From contig JAVBNB010000068.1 of assembly GCA_031551825.1 (NCBI GenBank), forward strand, positions 7,477-71,476: a DNA stretch of 64,000 bases. Direction: 5' to 3'. The translations under genes and the position numbers were made by a program. A model generated the notes under the pieces. That model had not been told where the DNA came from and did not search any database. It worked only from the letters and a program-made list of their open reading frames with translations. This document shows, piece after piece, positions 25,111-34,923 of the stretch (its first letter is position 1; each line of letters begins with the position of its first letter). This DNA comes from Tannerella sp. (GTDB taxonomy: Bacteria > Bacteroidota > Bacteroidia > Bacteroidales > Tannerellaceae).

Positions 25111-27885
25111 TTAAAAATTGACTTCGAAATTATAATTACCGGAGCCCACTTCATATACGGTATGGTTACCTTCTTTTTTTAGGAATTTAACTCCTTCTGC
25201 CGCAGAGGTTTTTTTGCCGCTTTCTAAAACTTCGGCATCGTTTTTTGCAGGAATATATACGATTGCAGTTGTATTTCCAGGTATGGTAATTTTCCATGAG
25301 AATTTAGTTCCTGTTTTTTTCCATGCGCTTTTGATTGTTCCGTGAACCGAATGATAAGATGCTGTTACATAATTCAGGCCGTTTGCCGGATATGGGCGCA
25401 TGGTGATTTTCTCAAAACCGTTGCTGCCGGAAGCGTTTCTGATGCCTGCCAGGTATTCATAATACCAGACCAGCAAATCTCCCAGTAACATCACATGATT
25501 GTGCGAATTCATAGCGGGGTCGGCCGTTTTACCGTTCCATAGCTCCCAGATTGTGGTAGCTCCGTTTTCAATCATATAACCCCAACTCGGGTAGTCACGG
25601 TTTGTTGTGATTTTATAGGCAAGATCGGCACGCCCGTAGTCAGACAATCCGCGCATCAGCCATTGGATTCCGACCAGGCCTGTACTCACGTGACTGTTAA
25701 AATCCTTTTCCGTTTTGTTTGCTATATTGGCAAAAACTTTTTCTTCGTAGCCTTCTGGGACCATCCCGTAGCATAATGACAGTAAATTGGCTGTTACCGT
25801 ATTATTACTGTATTGTGCCGTCTCTTTATGGAAGAACTTCCTGTTGTAAGCGTCTTTTATAACTGCCGCTTCATTGGCAAATGCTTTGGCTTCGCCTGTT
25901 TTACCTTGAAGTGTGGCGAAACGTTCCAATAGATAAAGCATACGATAATAGAATGAGGTTGCGAGAAGTGTGCCGTCTGTTTTTCGCGCCGGGTCCATCG
26001 AGTGGATTAATTCAGGAGATTCGGGAGGCATACACCAGTCACCGTAAATATCTTTTGTCATAATGTGATCTTTCATATATGTTTTACGCATATAAGACAT
26101 CCATTTCTTCATGGATTTATAGTGTTTCTTTATGGGTTCGGGATCACCATACTGTTCATAGATCATATTTGCAATAGTCAGATAGGCGGCGGGCCATGTC
26201 ATGTTATCGCCGTAAAAAGCCCAGTATGCAGGCGCTACATCGGACAGACTTCCATTCTCCAGTTGGGTTTGCTCTATATCGTCCAGCCATTTGACATATA
26301 AGTGGTAGTTATCGAACACAAAACTTTCACCGTGTGAGCCTACGGCGCGATCTCCTAACCACCCCATCCGTTCGTCACGTTGCGGACAATCTGTCGGCAT
26401 TCCGCGATAATTGCCGCGTATGCCCCAGTATGCATTTTTGTAAATCTGATTGATGGTCGGATCGGAGGTTTCGAATTTCCCTGTGATTTCCATTTCATCA
26501 TAGACTATTTTTCCTTCAAAATCATTAACCGTAGGAACCCCCGGAAAGCCGGTAATTTCGACGTAGCGGAATCCGTGATAGACGAAAGATGGTTCCCAGT
26601 ACTCTTCCGTTGAGCTTTTTAATGTATATATATCCGTGACCAATGCGCCACGGATGTTATCCATATACAATGTGCCGTCTTCTTTTAAGACTTCTGCAAA
26701 ACGTAGCGATACTTTATCTCCTTCTTTGCCTTTTACCTTCATCCTTATCCAGCCGACCATGTTTTGTCCCATGTCAAGTATATATGTGCCTTTTTTCGGT
26801 TCACTGATATTTACCGGCGTTATTGTTTCCATTATCTTAATATTGGGATTGAGTTGCGCCTCTAATTTGCCGCCGGGAGGCAGAACGGTTTCGGCCTGCA
26901 ACCAGGACTGGTCATTAAATCCGGTTTTATCCCATCCCGGCATTTCTTTCCGGGCGTCATATTCTTCACCATCGAATTCATTGTTGGCTGTAATCGGACC
27001 TTCGGCGGTGACTTTCCATGAATTATCGCTGGTGATGACCTGTTTGCTTCCATCCGGATAATCAAGTTCGAGTTGGAGTATCATTTTGGGATATCCGAAA
27101 TGTTTGACTTCCGCTACCGGACCGTGGGGAACTCCCGGCGGACGCATGGAGAAGAAACGTCCGTTTCCTAAGACCGTACCGATAGCATTTGAACCTTCCT
27201 GTATGATATCCGTCACATCGAACGTATTGTATTTTACGGATTTCGTATAATCCGTTGGAGTAGGTGATAATTCCTGATTTCCGATTTTTTGTCCGTTTAT
27301 AAACAGTTTGTATAGGCCCAGTCCGGAAATGAAGACGGTTGCTTTTTCCGGTTTTTGGGTGGCGGAAAATTCTTTCCGGAAATAGCGTGCGGCAAGACGG
27401 CTATTGGAGCGGTCGAAAACATTCCCTTTGAACATTCGGTCTAATCCGATCCATCCGGCTTGCCAGTCGGTTTCGTTCAGTAGTCCGATTGACCATGATG
27501 CCGGTTTGCTCCACGGTGAATCTCCCTGATTGGTTTTTATCTTCACTTTCCAGAAACAAACATCGCGGCTTTTTAACGGTTTACCGTTATATTCGACAAG
27601 TATCGAGGTATCGGATTCTTTTTCCGAATTCCATAAATCACCATTATCTGCGTTTAGTTTCTCTAATGACGATGCGACGAGGATATGGTAAGATTTTTGC
27701 TTGAGTCCACGTTTGTCGCTGTTTAATTCCCAGCTCAGACGCGGATTGGTGATACCTATACCGCTGGGATTGTTCAGAAATTCACAACGAAGATTACTTA
27801 TGTTGACTTCCGTATTATTTTTACATGCAGATAAAAGTAATATAGAGCATAAGAGAGGGAATAATGAGAGGCAATTTCGTTTCAT
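25111..27885 (-). CDS. GH78 alpha-L-rhamnosidase
   Basis: 924 aa with signal peptide. Family block MPTDCPQRDERMGWLGD and the six-hairpin C-terminal region ...GATTIWELW...NSHNH. Confidence 0.88.
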   Translation of the reverse strand: MKRNCLSLFPLLCSILLLSACKNNTEVNISNLRCEFLNNPSGIGITNPRLSWELNSDKRGLKQKSYHILVASSLEKLNADNGDLWNSEKESDTSILVEYNGKPLKSRDVCFWKVKIKTNQGDSPWSKPASWSIGLLNETDWQAGWIGLDRMFKGNVFDRSNSRLAARYFRKEFSATQKPEKATVFISGLGLYKLFINGQKIGNQELSPTPTDYTKSVKYNTFDVTDIIQEGSNAIGTVLGNGRFFSMRPPGVPHGPVAEVKHFGYPKMILQLELDYPDGSKQVITSDNSWKVTAEGPITANNEFDGEEYDARKEMPGWDKTGFNDQSWLQAETVLPPGGKLEAQLNPNIKIMETITPVNISEPKKGTYILDMGQNMVGWIRMKVKGKEGDKVSLRFAEVLKEDGTLYMDNIRGALVTDIYTLKSSTEEYWEPSFVYHGFRYVEITGFPGVPTVNDFEGKIVYDEMEITGKFETSDPTINQIYKNAYWGIRGNYRGMPTDCPQRDERMGWLGDRAVGSHGESFVFDNYHLYVKWLDDIEQTQLENGSLSDVAPAYWAFYGDNMTWPAAYLTIANMIYEQYGDPEPIKKHYKSMKKWMSYMRKTYMKDHIMTKDIYGDWCMPPESPELIHSMDPARKTDGTLLATSFYYRMLYLLERFATLQGKTGEAKAFANEAAVIKDAYNRKFFHKETAQYSNNTVTANLLSLCYGMVPEGYEEKVFANIANKTEKDFNSHVSTGLVGIQWLMRGLSDYGRADLAYKITTNRDYPSWGYMIENGATTIWELWNGKTADPAMNSHNHVMLLGDLLVWYYEYLAGIRNASGSNGFEKITMRPYPANGLNYVTASYHSVHGTIKSAWKKTGTKFSWKITIPGNTTAIVYIPAKNDAEVLESGKKTSAAEGVKFLKKEGNHTVYEVGSGNYNFEVNF

Positions 27886-27914
27886 AATTTTAATATTTAT
27901 GGTTTTTATTTTTG

Positions 27915-29231
27915 CTATTGAGAAAAATCTGTTCTATCCGATTCCAGCATAAAATGGTTTACCGATGATATGGAGATTTTATGGCCTTCAACGATGATGC
28001 CGGTAAGTTCCAGTTTCATTTCTGGGAGGGTAGAAACGGGGAATGCATCATCTCCGTTTGTATCAAATGTCTGATAATCTCCGGAGGAAGGGTAGCGGGT
28101 GATGAGATGAGAGTCTTTGTATATATTGAAAAATTTGATCCCGGATTCGATGTCGGCATCAGCTTTCCATGTCAGTTCAACAGCACGGTTATGTTTTACG
28201 GATAGATTCAGATCATAAGGAGCGGGTGGAGGAGTCCGGTCGATAACGGTTCCGGTTATTATATATTCTTTCCATTTAGCGGCAACCGTTGAATCAGGTA
28301 ACCATGACATTGAATTTTTATCCCCTTTATATCCGGACGCTTTGTACGTATTTAACCGTAATGTATCGCCTAACCATACCTTAGAAGGGTCCATCTCATG
28401 GAGAATGTCGGGATTAGTTTCTGATAATCGCTGAGTAAGAACAGATTCGAAGAATGGGATCGCCATATAGCGGACATAGCTGAAATTATGATTCTGATAA
28501 GGAGTATACGCTATACTGACATATCCTCCGTTTTTTCTTAATTTATTATACGTATTCAGGGCAGATTCCCAGCAGCAGGCATCGCCGGTTATCCCGGCAT
28601 GACGGATCATGACCGGTATTTTCAACGCCTCTTTGGGATAATCCCAGGTGGGGTTAAGTCCCGGAGAATAGCTGAAGAGGGCAATCGTCCTTTCCGGATA
28701 ATCTCTCATCATGGCCTGCGCCCAATATCCACCTCCGGAATGTCCCCAGAGTAACCAGGGGGCATTCGTAAGTTCCGGGTGACCGGATATTTCTCCTGTC
28801 TCTTTCAGGGTTTTCAATAAGGCATCCCCTGATCCGGATTCGGGATTTTTCCAGTTATGGCAATTTCCGGATGCGGAGTACAAATCAGGACCGATAATTG
28901 CCAGATTCCATTTTTTAGCAAAAGCCTGATATTGGATATCATAAGCTGTGGATACGCCTCTCCCTTCCATCGTACATCCATGCTGATGAATAAATACTCC
29001 CCGGATCTTTTCTGCAGATTCCGGGATGAAAATGTGATAAACGGCCGAGTCTAATGTATAAGAATCGTCCGCCTGAATGATACGGTAAACTGTACCGTTC
29101 GGAAGCTTATGAATCGTTGTTTGTCCGGAAATGTTATTCTGTGAAGAAAAAAACAGTAGAATAATTATCCATAGTGTGCTCTTGTTTTCCATAAATATGA
29201 TTGAGTTTAAAATTATCAGATTAATAGTCAA
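27915..29231 (-). CDS. secreted alpha/beta-hydrolase esterase with C-terminal Fn3-like domain
   Basis: 438 aa. Nucleophile elbow LWGHSGGGYW (GxSxG). The C-terminal PPPAPYDLNLSV...ELTWKAD is Fn3-like. Confidence 0.6.
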   Translation of the reverse strand: MTINLIILNSIIFMENKSTLWIIILLFFSSQNNISGQTTIHKLPNGTVYRIIQADDSYTLDSAVYHIFIPESAEKIRGVFIHQHGCTMEGRGVSTAYDIQYQAFAKKWNLAIIGPDLYSASGNCHNWKNPESGSGDALLKTLKETGEISGHPELTNAPWLLWGHSGGGYWAQAMMRDYPERTIALFSYSPGLNPTWDYPKEALKIPVMIRHAGITGDACCWESALNTYNKLRKNGGYVSIAYTPYQNHNFSYVRYMAIPFFESVLTQRLSETNPDILHEMDPSKVWLGDTLRLNTYKASGYKGDKNSMSWLPDSTVAAKWKEYIITGTVIDRTPPPAPYDLNLSVKHNRAVELTWKADADIESGIKFFNIYKDSHLITRYPSSGDYQTFDTNGDDAFPVSTLPEMKLELTGIIVEGHKISISSVNHFMLESDRTDFSQ

Positions 29232-29249
29232 TCCGGATGACAGAAAACA

Positions 29250-30443
29250 TTACTCGTATATTTCAGGGATGTCGATTAATGTCCGGAGGTACATCCTACG
29301 TGAGCCTTTTACGTTCGGATGGTGGTAAATCTGCCAGCCGTAGCTTCCTGTATAATCTTCATGGTACATGGTTGTTTTATCAACCTCTTTACCATCGTGC
29401 ATCACAGAGGTGGCGAGATCAAATCTGCAGCCGTTTATATTGTATTTTCTGCGTACTTTTTCAATCATCCGGTTTATCTCAACCTGTGTTCCGCTTTCAT
29501 TACAGGGTATATTGTTCAAGATAGGTATAGAGCCTTGTCCGAGAATGTATTCTACCAGTTCACTGAGATTCTCTTCCGTATTTCCTCCGTTGGTGCCGAT
29601 TGTTACCATTACATATTTTGCTTTGATATAGGGAAGTTCATTTTTGATGCGTTCCAGGACTTCTGCAATTTGGCATCCGCCCCGGCCGCTACTGATTGCT
29701 TTTCCCTTGATATTCTTCTGGATAAGTTGTGTCCACGCTTCAGGGAAGTCTTTAGTTGGAAAGTATCCTTCCGGTTCGCTGATCGAAGCTCCATAGATTA
29801 ATAGTAACAGGTCGCATGCTCCAGCAATTACGCTTATTTGTTTGATCAGTACGGACGTTCCGCTTTGGAGTCCGAAGCAATAGTAATCATGTTGTCCGCC
29901 TGCATGGAATCCGGAATTTATGGCGCCGACGCCGCATCCTCCCGTTCCGTCTGTAACCAGTTCTATCTGGTCGGTTTCACCCGTGAACAGATCAATGATC
30001 CGGATGGTATTTTTCTGATACTGACGATAGATCTCTACAATGTATTCATTCTCCGGATCAAGAAAATCCATTTTTTTCCAGCTTTCCGGATGGGTAGCGA
30101 CAGATACGGTCTTGTTAATCATATTGACTGATACTTTAAAATCGCCTGTATTGCTTTGAAAAACGGCAACCGCGTCTTGACTGAACCTGACATGATATCT
30201 TATCATACGTTCTCCTAAAGAATAATATTTATCAAGTTGAACGAGTCCCTCTTTTCCAGTGATTTCCAATCCACCGGGAGTATATCCGGCCTTGATGTTT
30301 TTATCGATTCTTAGTTCCGGATACGTATCTTTGTCATTCAATATTTTATGATATAAGACCGTAGTCGGTACGGTCGCGGCGTGCAACCGGAATACGCCGG
30401 CTATGATCATCGCAATGGCGAGTATGTGTTTTTTGTTTTTCAT
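29250..30443 (-). CDS. SGNH/GDSL-like hydrolase with N-terminal beta-sandwich domain
   Basis: 397 aa with signal peptide. LLLIYGASISE (GDS-like block I), SGRGGC, and VTIGTNGGN (block III-like). Confidence 0.45.
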   Translation of the reverse strand: MKNKKHILAIAMIIAGVFRLHAATVPTTVLYHKILNDKDTYPELRIDKNIKAGYTPGGLEITGKEGLVQLDKYYSLGERMIRYHVRFSQDAVAVFQSNTGDFKVSVNMINKTVSVATHPESWKKMDFLDPENEYIVEIYRQYQKNTIRIIDLFTGETDQIELVTDGTGGCGVGAINSGFHAGGQHDYYCFGLQSGTSVLIKQISVIAGACDLLLLIYGASISEPEGYFPTKDFPEAWTQLIQKNIKGKAISSGRGGCQIAEVLERIKNELPYIKAKYVMVTIGTNGGNTEENLSELVEYILGQGSIPILNNIPCNESGTQVEINRMIEKVRRKYNINGCRFDLATSVMHDGKEVDKTTMYHEDYTGSYGWQIYHHPNVKGSRRMYLRTLIDIPEIYE

Positions 30444-30496
30444 ATATACAAAATTTAATTTTTAACACTAAGGTAATATAGAACTCACTTTTTTAG

Positions 30497-30545
30497 TTAA
30501 CTCGCCTTCGCTCGTTGACCTTCGGTTCATCGCCTTCGGCGATAC
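30497..30545. repeat. CCTTCG-rich short repeat relic
   Basis: TTAACTCGCCTTCGCTCGTTGACCTTCGGTTCATCGCCTTCGGCGATAC contains three CCTTCG units and the CTTCGCTCG motif shared with the repeats at 9115, 11589 and 13375. Confidence 0.4.
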
Positions 30546-30625
30546 ATTGATCATGTTCGTTTCATACGATTATCTATTATTACATTAAAGTTGTATGGAA
30601 CCAGGCATGACTCATTCAAAATGAA

Positions 30626-32353
30626 CTACGGGTTATTTCCGTAATGAAAATTTAATCGCCCTATGGGAGCGCTGTCTCCGGAAATATAATAATCCATAAT
30701 ATCCTCCTGATTCGTAACATTATCAGCGACTTTAAAGCCGAAAGAAACATTCTCTTTGTTCATTCCCAGTGTTTTCAAGGGAACGGAAACAAATAGATAC
30801 GTACTGTGCAGGCGGTATTGTGCTATGCCTCGTTTTTTCCATTTATTTCCGTTTTCCGCTTTTTCGATAGCGCTTTTTCCTCGTTTATCCGGAAAACGGT
30901 TTATTATAAAGTTATATCCGAAAGGCCTATTTTTGCTGTCAGGTGTCTGTATGAGAATATTCATCCAGTTAAGATCTTTTCCATTGTGAGGGATGATTTC
31001 TTTATCCGTTTTTATCAGGAAGTAGACATTCTGATTGTCATGGGCAACTTTTATATCGGTGATGTCGTTCCGTGCACTGTTATCAGTATAGGTGTTTTTT
31101 CCTGAAAAATCCGGATAATTACGGACGATTGCATCTCCGGCCAGATCTTCGTAATGTGCGGCTGTATTCCATTGTGACAAATTATCACTATTGAAATCTA
31201 TTGGTATATCCGCTTTTTTATAGTTATTGAAGGGAGATTCTTTAAAACGATGAATGTTGTCAACCATTTGCAGATAGAAACTATCGCCATAACCTCCTTT
31301 CATCATTTCCACATCTCTTGAAAATTCTTCATTGAAGGCATCTACAAAAGCGACTTTGTCATTTATAACGGTTTTTATGGCCACCCATTCATTCCAGCCT
31401 GTAATAAAGACATTGCATATTGAGTCTTTATTCCTGAAAACCGTATTCCACTGATCCTGAAAGTTTTTTCCTGTACGCGCCAAATCTTTATTATTCTTTT
31501 TGTTTATCGCATCAAACCCTCTTCCTTTCGCATATATCGTGTCTGAAAAAACGACATTCACCGATGAATGTTGAGCGACAGATACCGGTAAAACCTCGTT
31601 TTGTACTCTCTGCGGATATTCCCAGCTTATCCATGGAAAAGCATTGTCATTAAACAGGGCTGTCGGCCATTGGGATTCCCTGACATCAAAATATTTGATC
31701 AGGTCATCACTTATAAAATCGTAGTAACCGGGTACGTTTAGCTGGTCGGAGGCTTTGTTATTGTTACGCGTGATACCTATAATCAGCGGTTTCCCTTCCG
31801 GCATAAACCAGATCTCATCATACTTGCCGGGGCGGTAATAATGTTCATATATATTTCTGGCAGTAGTTCCCGAATGTGAATTTGTATAAAAGGCGACTTT
31901 GGGTATATGATATCCTTTTTGCTTAAAAGAGAGGAGTTTATCCAGTAATACAAACATGGTATTAGGATAGTAAAAACCGTTGGTTGCATCGATCATGATG
32001 TAATCGATACCCGCTTCGGTTAATAACTCTATGTGGCGGGTTATAACCCACGGGTCCGCACTGTTATAATATCCGTATAAAGGTTTCCCCCAGAAATGAT
32101 ACTGGTCTTTGGGGCTTTCAGGTGTTCCTTTTTTGTCAAATAAATCCTGACGGTGGTTTTCAAATAACCGGGTTATATCGTAATTTCCCTTTTGTTCGGC
32201 TTCATGTTGCCCCAGCCAGACAAAATAAAATATACCAACATATTTCTCTTTTTCGTTATCTGTAGGTTGTGAATATATATTTATATTATTTAGCATGATT
32301 ATGCAAAATACAAATGGTATACGTGCTTTTTTTATATATCCGGGAAAGATCAT
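30626..32353 (-). CDS. uncharacterised glycoside-hydrolase-like protein (TIM-barrel-like N-domain plus C-terminal beta-sandwich), paralog of 42768-44552
   Basis: 575 aa with VGIFYFVWLGQ, YHFWGKPLYGYYNSADPWVITRHIELLTEAGIDYIMIDATNG and ITGWNEW. The pattern is reminiscent of GH99/GH71-type barrels, but family assignment was not possible by eye. Confidence 0.5.
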   Translation of the reverse strand: MIFPGYIKKARIPFVFCIIMLNNINIYSQPTDNEKEKYVGIFYFVWLGQHEAEQKGNYDITRLFENHRQDLFDKKGTPESPKDQYHFWGKPLYGYYNSADPWVITRHIELLTEAGIDYIMIDATNGFYYPNTMFVLLDKLLSFKQKGYHIPKVAFYTNSHSGTTARNIYEHYYRPGKYDEIWFMPEGKPLIIGITRNNNKASDQLNVPGYYDFISDDLIKYFDVRESQWPTALFNDNAFPWISWEYPQRVQNEVLPVSVAQHSSVNVVFSDTIYAKGRGFDAINKKNNKDLARTGKNFQDQWNTVFRNKDSICNVFITGWNEWVAIKTVINDKVAFVDAFNEEFSRDVEMMKGGYGDSFYLQMVDNIHRFKESPFNNYKKADIPIDFNSDNLSQWNTAAHYEDLAGDAIVRNYPDFSGKNTYTDNSARNDITDIKVAHDNQNVYFLIKTDKEIIPHNGKDLNWMNILIQTPDSKNRPFGYNFIINRFPDKRGKSAIEKAENGNKWKKRGIAQYRLHSTYLFVSVPLKTLGMNKENVSFGFKVADNVTNQEDIMDYYISGDSAPIGRLNFHYGNNP

Positions 32354-32395
32354 AAATTCTTTTCTAATTAGTTATGACTTCTGTGCTATATCAAC

Positions 32396-33790
32396 TTATA
32401 CGTTATCAGCCTGTTTCATCTTTTTACTGCCTATCAGGCCATACCATGCGACGAACAGGTGACAGGTAAGTATTACGATGAAAGAATTCTGTATGCCGAA
32501 AGAGTCGGCAGCCATTCCCTGAATGGGAGGGATAATCGCTGCTCCGAGTATAGCCATGATCAACAGAGAAGATCCCTGACTGGTAAACTTTCCTAATCCG
32601 CGGATGGCCAGTGTAAAAATGTTAGACCACATAATGGATGCAAATAAACCTATGCCTATTACGCTCCACATGGCTATTTGTCCTTTTGTGAAAAATGCAA
32701 TGATTAACAGGATGATTATATTCAGCGAAAAGATACCTACTGTTTTTCCCGGTAGAGAACATCCGATCCGGAATGCTAACAGATTGAGCATGATAAGGAA
32801 TGTAAATATTCCGGTGATATATATTCCGTTACTCAGGAATATGATTCCTAATGCGGTTGCAACAATGATTCCGGAATAAAGTATTTTCTTCCGGGGTGAA
32901 TTATCACTGAATGATACCGCACCCAAAAGACGTCCGATCATCAGACCTCCCCAGTAAAATGCGACATATTGACTGGCTTCGGCTTCATTCATCCCTGCAA
33001 TATCTTCCATACCGAAAAAATTGATCAATAAACTTCCGGTAGCGACTTCTGCGCCAATAGACGCAAATATAGCTGCTACGCCCAACAATAACTGCGGATA
33101 GCGAAAAACGCCCAGGCCTTTTTCCGGGGATTCCGACCGGTGGAATTCAGGAAACGGAGTAATACGGATAATGATTGAAACAAGCATAAATATAACGGCG
33201 AATACCAGATAGGGTATACGTACAGAGTCTGCTTCACTGCTTACCGGATCAAAAAAATACTGGAAAATAAGATATCCCCCTAAAAGAGGACCGGCAACTG
33301 TGCCGAGTGAGTTGACTCCTTGTGCAAGGTTTAATCTGGAAGAAGCTGTTTTTTCCGGGCCTAACAAAGCTGCATAGGGATTTGCCGCTATTTGTAGAAA
33401 GGTGATTCCCAATCCAAGGCAAAATAACGCGCCAAGGAAAAAACCGTAACTGTGTAAGGACGCTGCCGGATAGAAGAGTAAACAACCGATTCCTGCCAGA
33501 AACAGGCCTCCCGCCATACCGTTGCGATAGCCGATTTTAGCGATCGGATCTCCCGTTTTTACAGACAAAATGAAATAGATCAGGGAACCGATAAAAAACG
33601 AACCGAAAAATGCAAATTGTACAAGCATCGCCTGAAAGTAGCTCAGTTCGAATATACCTTTGAAATAGGGGATTAATATGTCATTCATCGATATGATAAA
33701 TCCCCAGATAAAGAATAATCCGGTAAGAACGAGAAAGGATATTTTTTTTTGATTATTTAGTTTGGGCTGATCATTGTTTTTCTTTTCCAT
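32396..33790 (-). CDS. MFS sugar transporter, FucP (fucose/glucose/galactose:H+ symporter) family
   Basis: 464 aa, ~12 TM segments. The N-terminal FFIWGFIISMNDILIPYFK...QAMLVQFAFFGSFFIGS is typical of FucP-type permeases. Confidence 0.75.
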   Translation of the reverse strand: MEKKNNDQPKLNNQKKISFLVLTGLFFIWGFIISMNDILIPYFKGIFELSYFQAMLVQFAFFGSFFIGSLIYFILSVKTGDPIAKIGYRNGMAGGLFLAGIGCLLFYPAASLHSYGFFLGALFCLGLGITFLQIAANPYAALLGPEKTASSRLNLAQGVNSLGTVAGPLLGGYLIFQYFFDPVSSEADSVRIPYLVFAVIFMLVSIIIRITPFPEFHRSESPEKGLGVFRYPQLLLGVAAIFASIGAEVATGSLLINFFGMEDIAGMNEAEASQYVAFYWGGLMIGRLLGAVSFSDNSPRKKILYSGIIVATALGIIFLSNGIYITGIFTFLIMLNLLAFRIGCSLPGKTVGIFSLNIIILLIIAFFTKGQIAMWSVIGIGLFASIMWSNIFTLAIRGLGKFTSQGSSLLIMAILGAAIIPPIQGMAADSFGIQNSFIVILTCHLFVAWYGLIGSKKMKQADNV

Positions 33791-33894
33791 ATAGTTGAAT
33801 TCGGGGTTCTATGTTATTCCAGTTTATTTTTTATATGATTAAAAGATAAGGCTGTAAGATTTGCAGCCTTATCTTTATTTCGGTAAGAACGGAT

Positions 33895-34863
33895 TTATTT
33901 GAATAATACTTTACGCATAAAACGCGAAGTTTCCACAGCATCGTTCATTTTTACAAGAGTTTCTATTTCTGCAAAATTTTCTTCTACAATCTGTTCAAAA
34001 TTGCGGACCCACAGAATACTTTCCGCGATCGCATCTGTTGCATTTTCGCGATAGGGATACTGATCCATGGAAAGCCATCCGTCATATCCGGTTTTTTTCA
34101 GTTGGTAGAGTAGATCTATGTAAACGGTACTGTGTACGCTGCCGACAATCATATCGTCATCCCAGAGGCCGTGATTATCGTTGAAGTGCATATGGAAAAG
34201 CATATTGCCTGCACGTTTTGCTAAAATGACGGCCTCTGCTACGTTTTCTCCGGCCACAAAACTATGGCCCGTATCTATGCATACGCCTACATTGCTGCAG
34301 TTGGTTTCTTTTGCGGCCAGGATGGTATCGCTCATACGTGCATGATAAGAGTAATTCCGGGGCTCTTTAGGTTTATATTCCAGGGCGAACTTTAATGTCG
34401 GAAATTCTTTTGCAAGTGCGGTTGTTCCTTCACAAAGCCACTCCCGTTCCTGATCATAATCGGCTGTCAACAGATAGTCATAGCCATCCTGCGCCATCCA
34501 CAAATTGACGATACCACAATTCATTTCGAGAGCGATTTCACTCATCTGGCGCAGATAGTCCAATCCTTTTTTGCGAATGACCGGATCGGTGTTTGTTATC
34601 GTTCCTTTGCCATATTCCGGGCCGGTAAACGTATCCGGAATAATCGACACACAAGTTTTGCCGTAATCTTCCATCCGTTTTTTCATGTCTTTCACATTGT
34701 CGGGACGGATATCCCATGTTCCGACCAGTTCAATGCCTTCTACATATGGAATTTTTACTGCCATCGCCAGCATTTCTTCCGTCGACGGATTATCTTTATA
34801 CCCTTTGCAAAAACGATCGCAAGTGTTTCCCAAATTGCCTAAAATAACTGAATATTTTCCCAT
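33895..34863 (-). CDS. sugar phosphate isomerase/epimerase (xylose-isomerase-like TIM barrel)
   Basis: 322 aa. Pattern ...LEYKPKEPR...DTGH...HMHFNDN... fits the AP_endonuc_2/XylA-like TIM family. Confidence 0.65.
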   Translation of the reverse strand: MGKYSVILGNLGNTCDRFCKGYKDNPSTEEMLAMAVKIPYVEGIELVGTWDIRPDNVKDMKKRMEDYGKTCVSIIPDTFTGPEYGKGTITNTDPVIRKKGLDYLRQMSEIALEMNCGIVNLWMAQDGYDYLLTADYDQEREWLCEGTTALAKEFPTLKFALEYKPKEPRNYSYHARMSDTILAAKETNCSNVGVCIDTGHSFVAGENVAEAVILAKRAGNMLFHMHFNDNHGLWDDDMIVGSVHSTVYIDLLYQLKKTGYDGWLSMDQYPYRENATDAIAESILWVRNFEQIVEENFAEIETLVKMNDAVETSRFMRKVLFK

Positions 34864-34923
34864 GATTTTATATAATTTGATAGATTAAATAATGTAATGT
34901 TTTAATGAAGATGTAATTAGTTT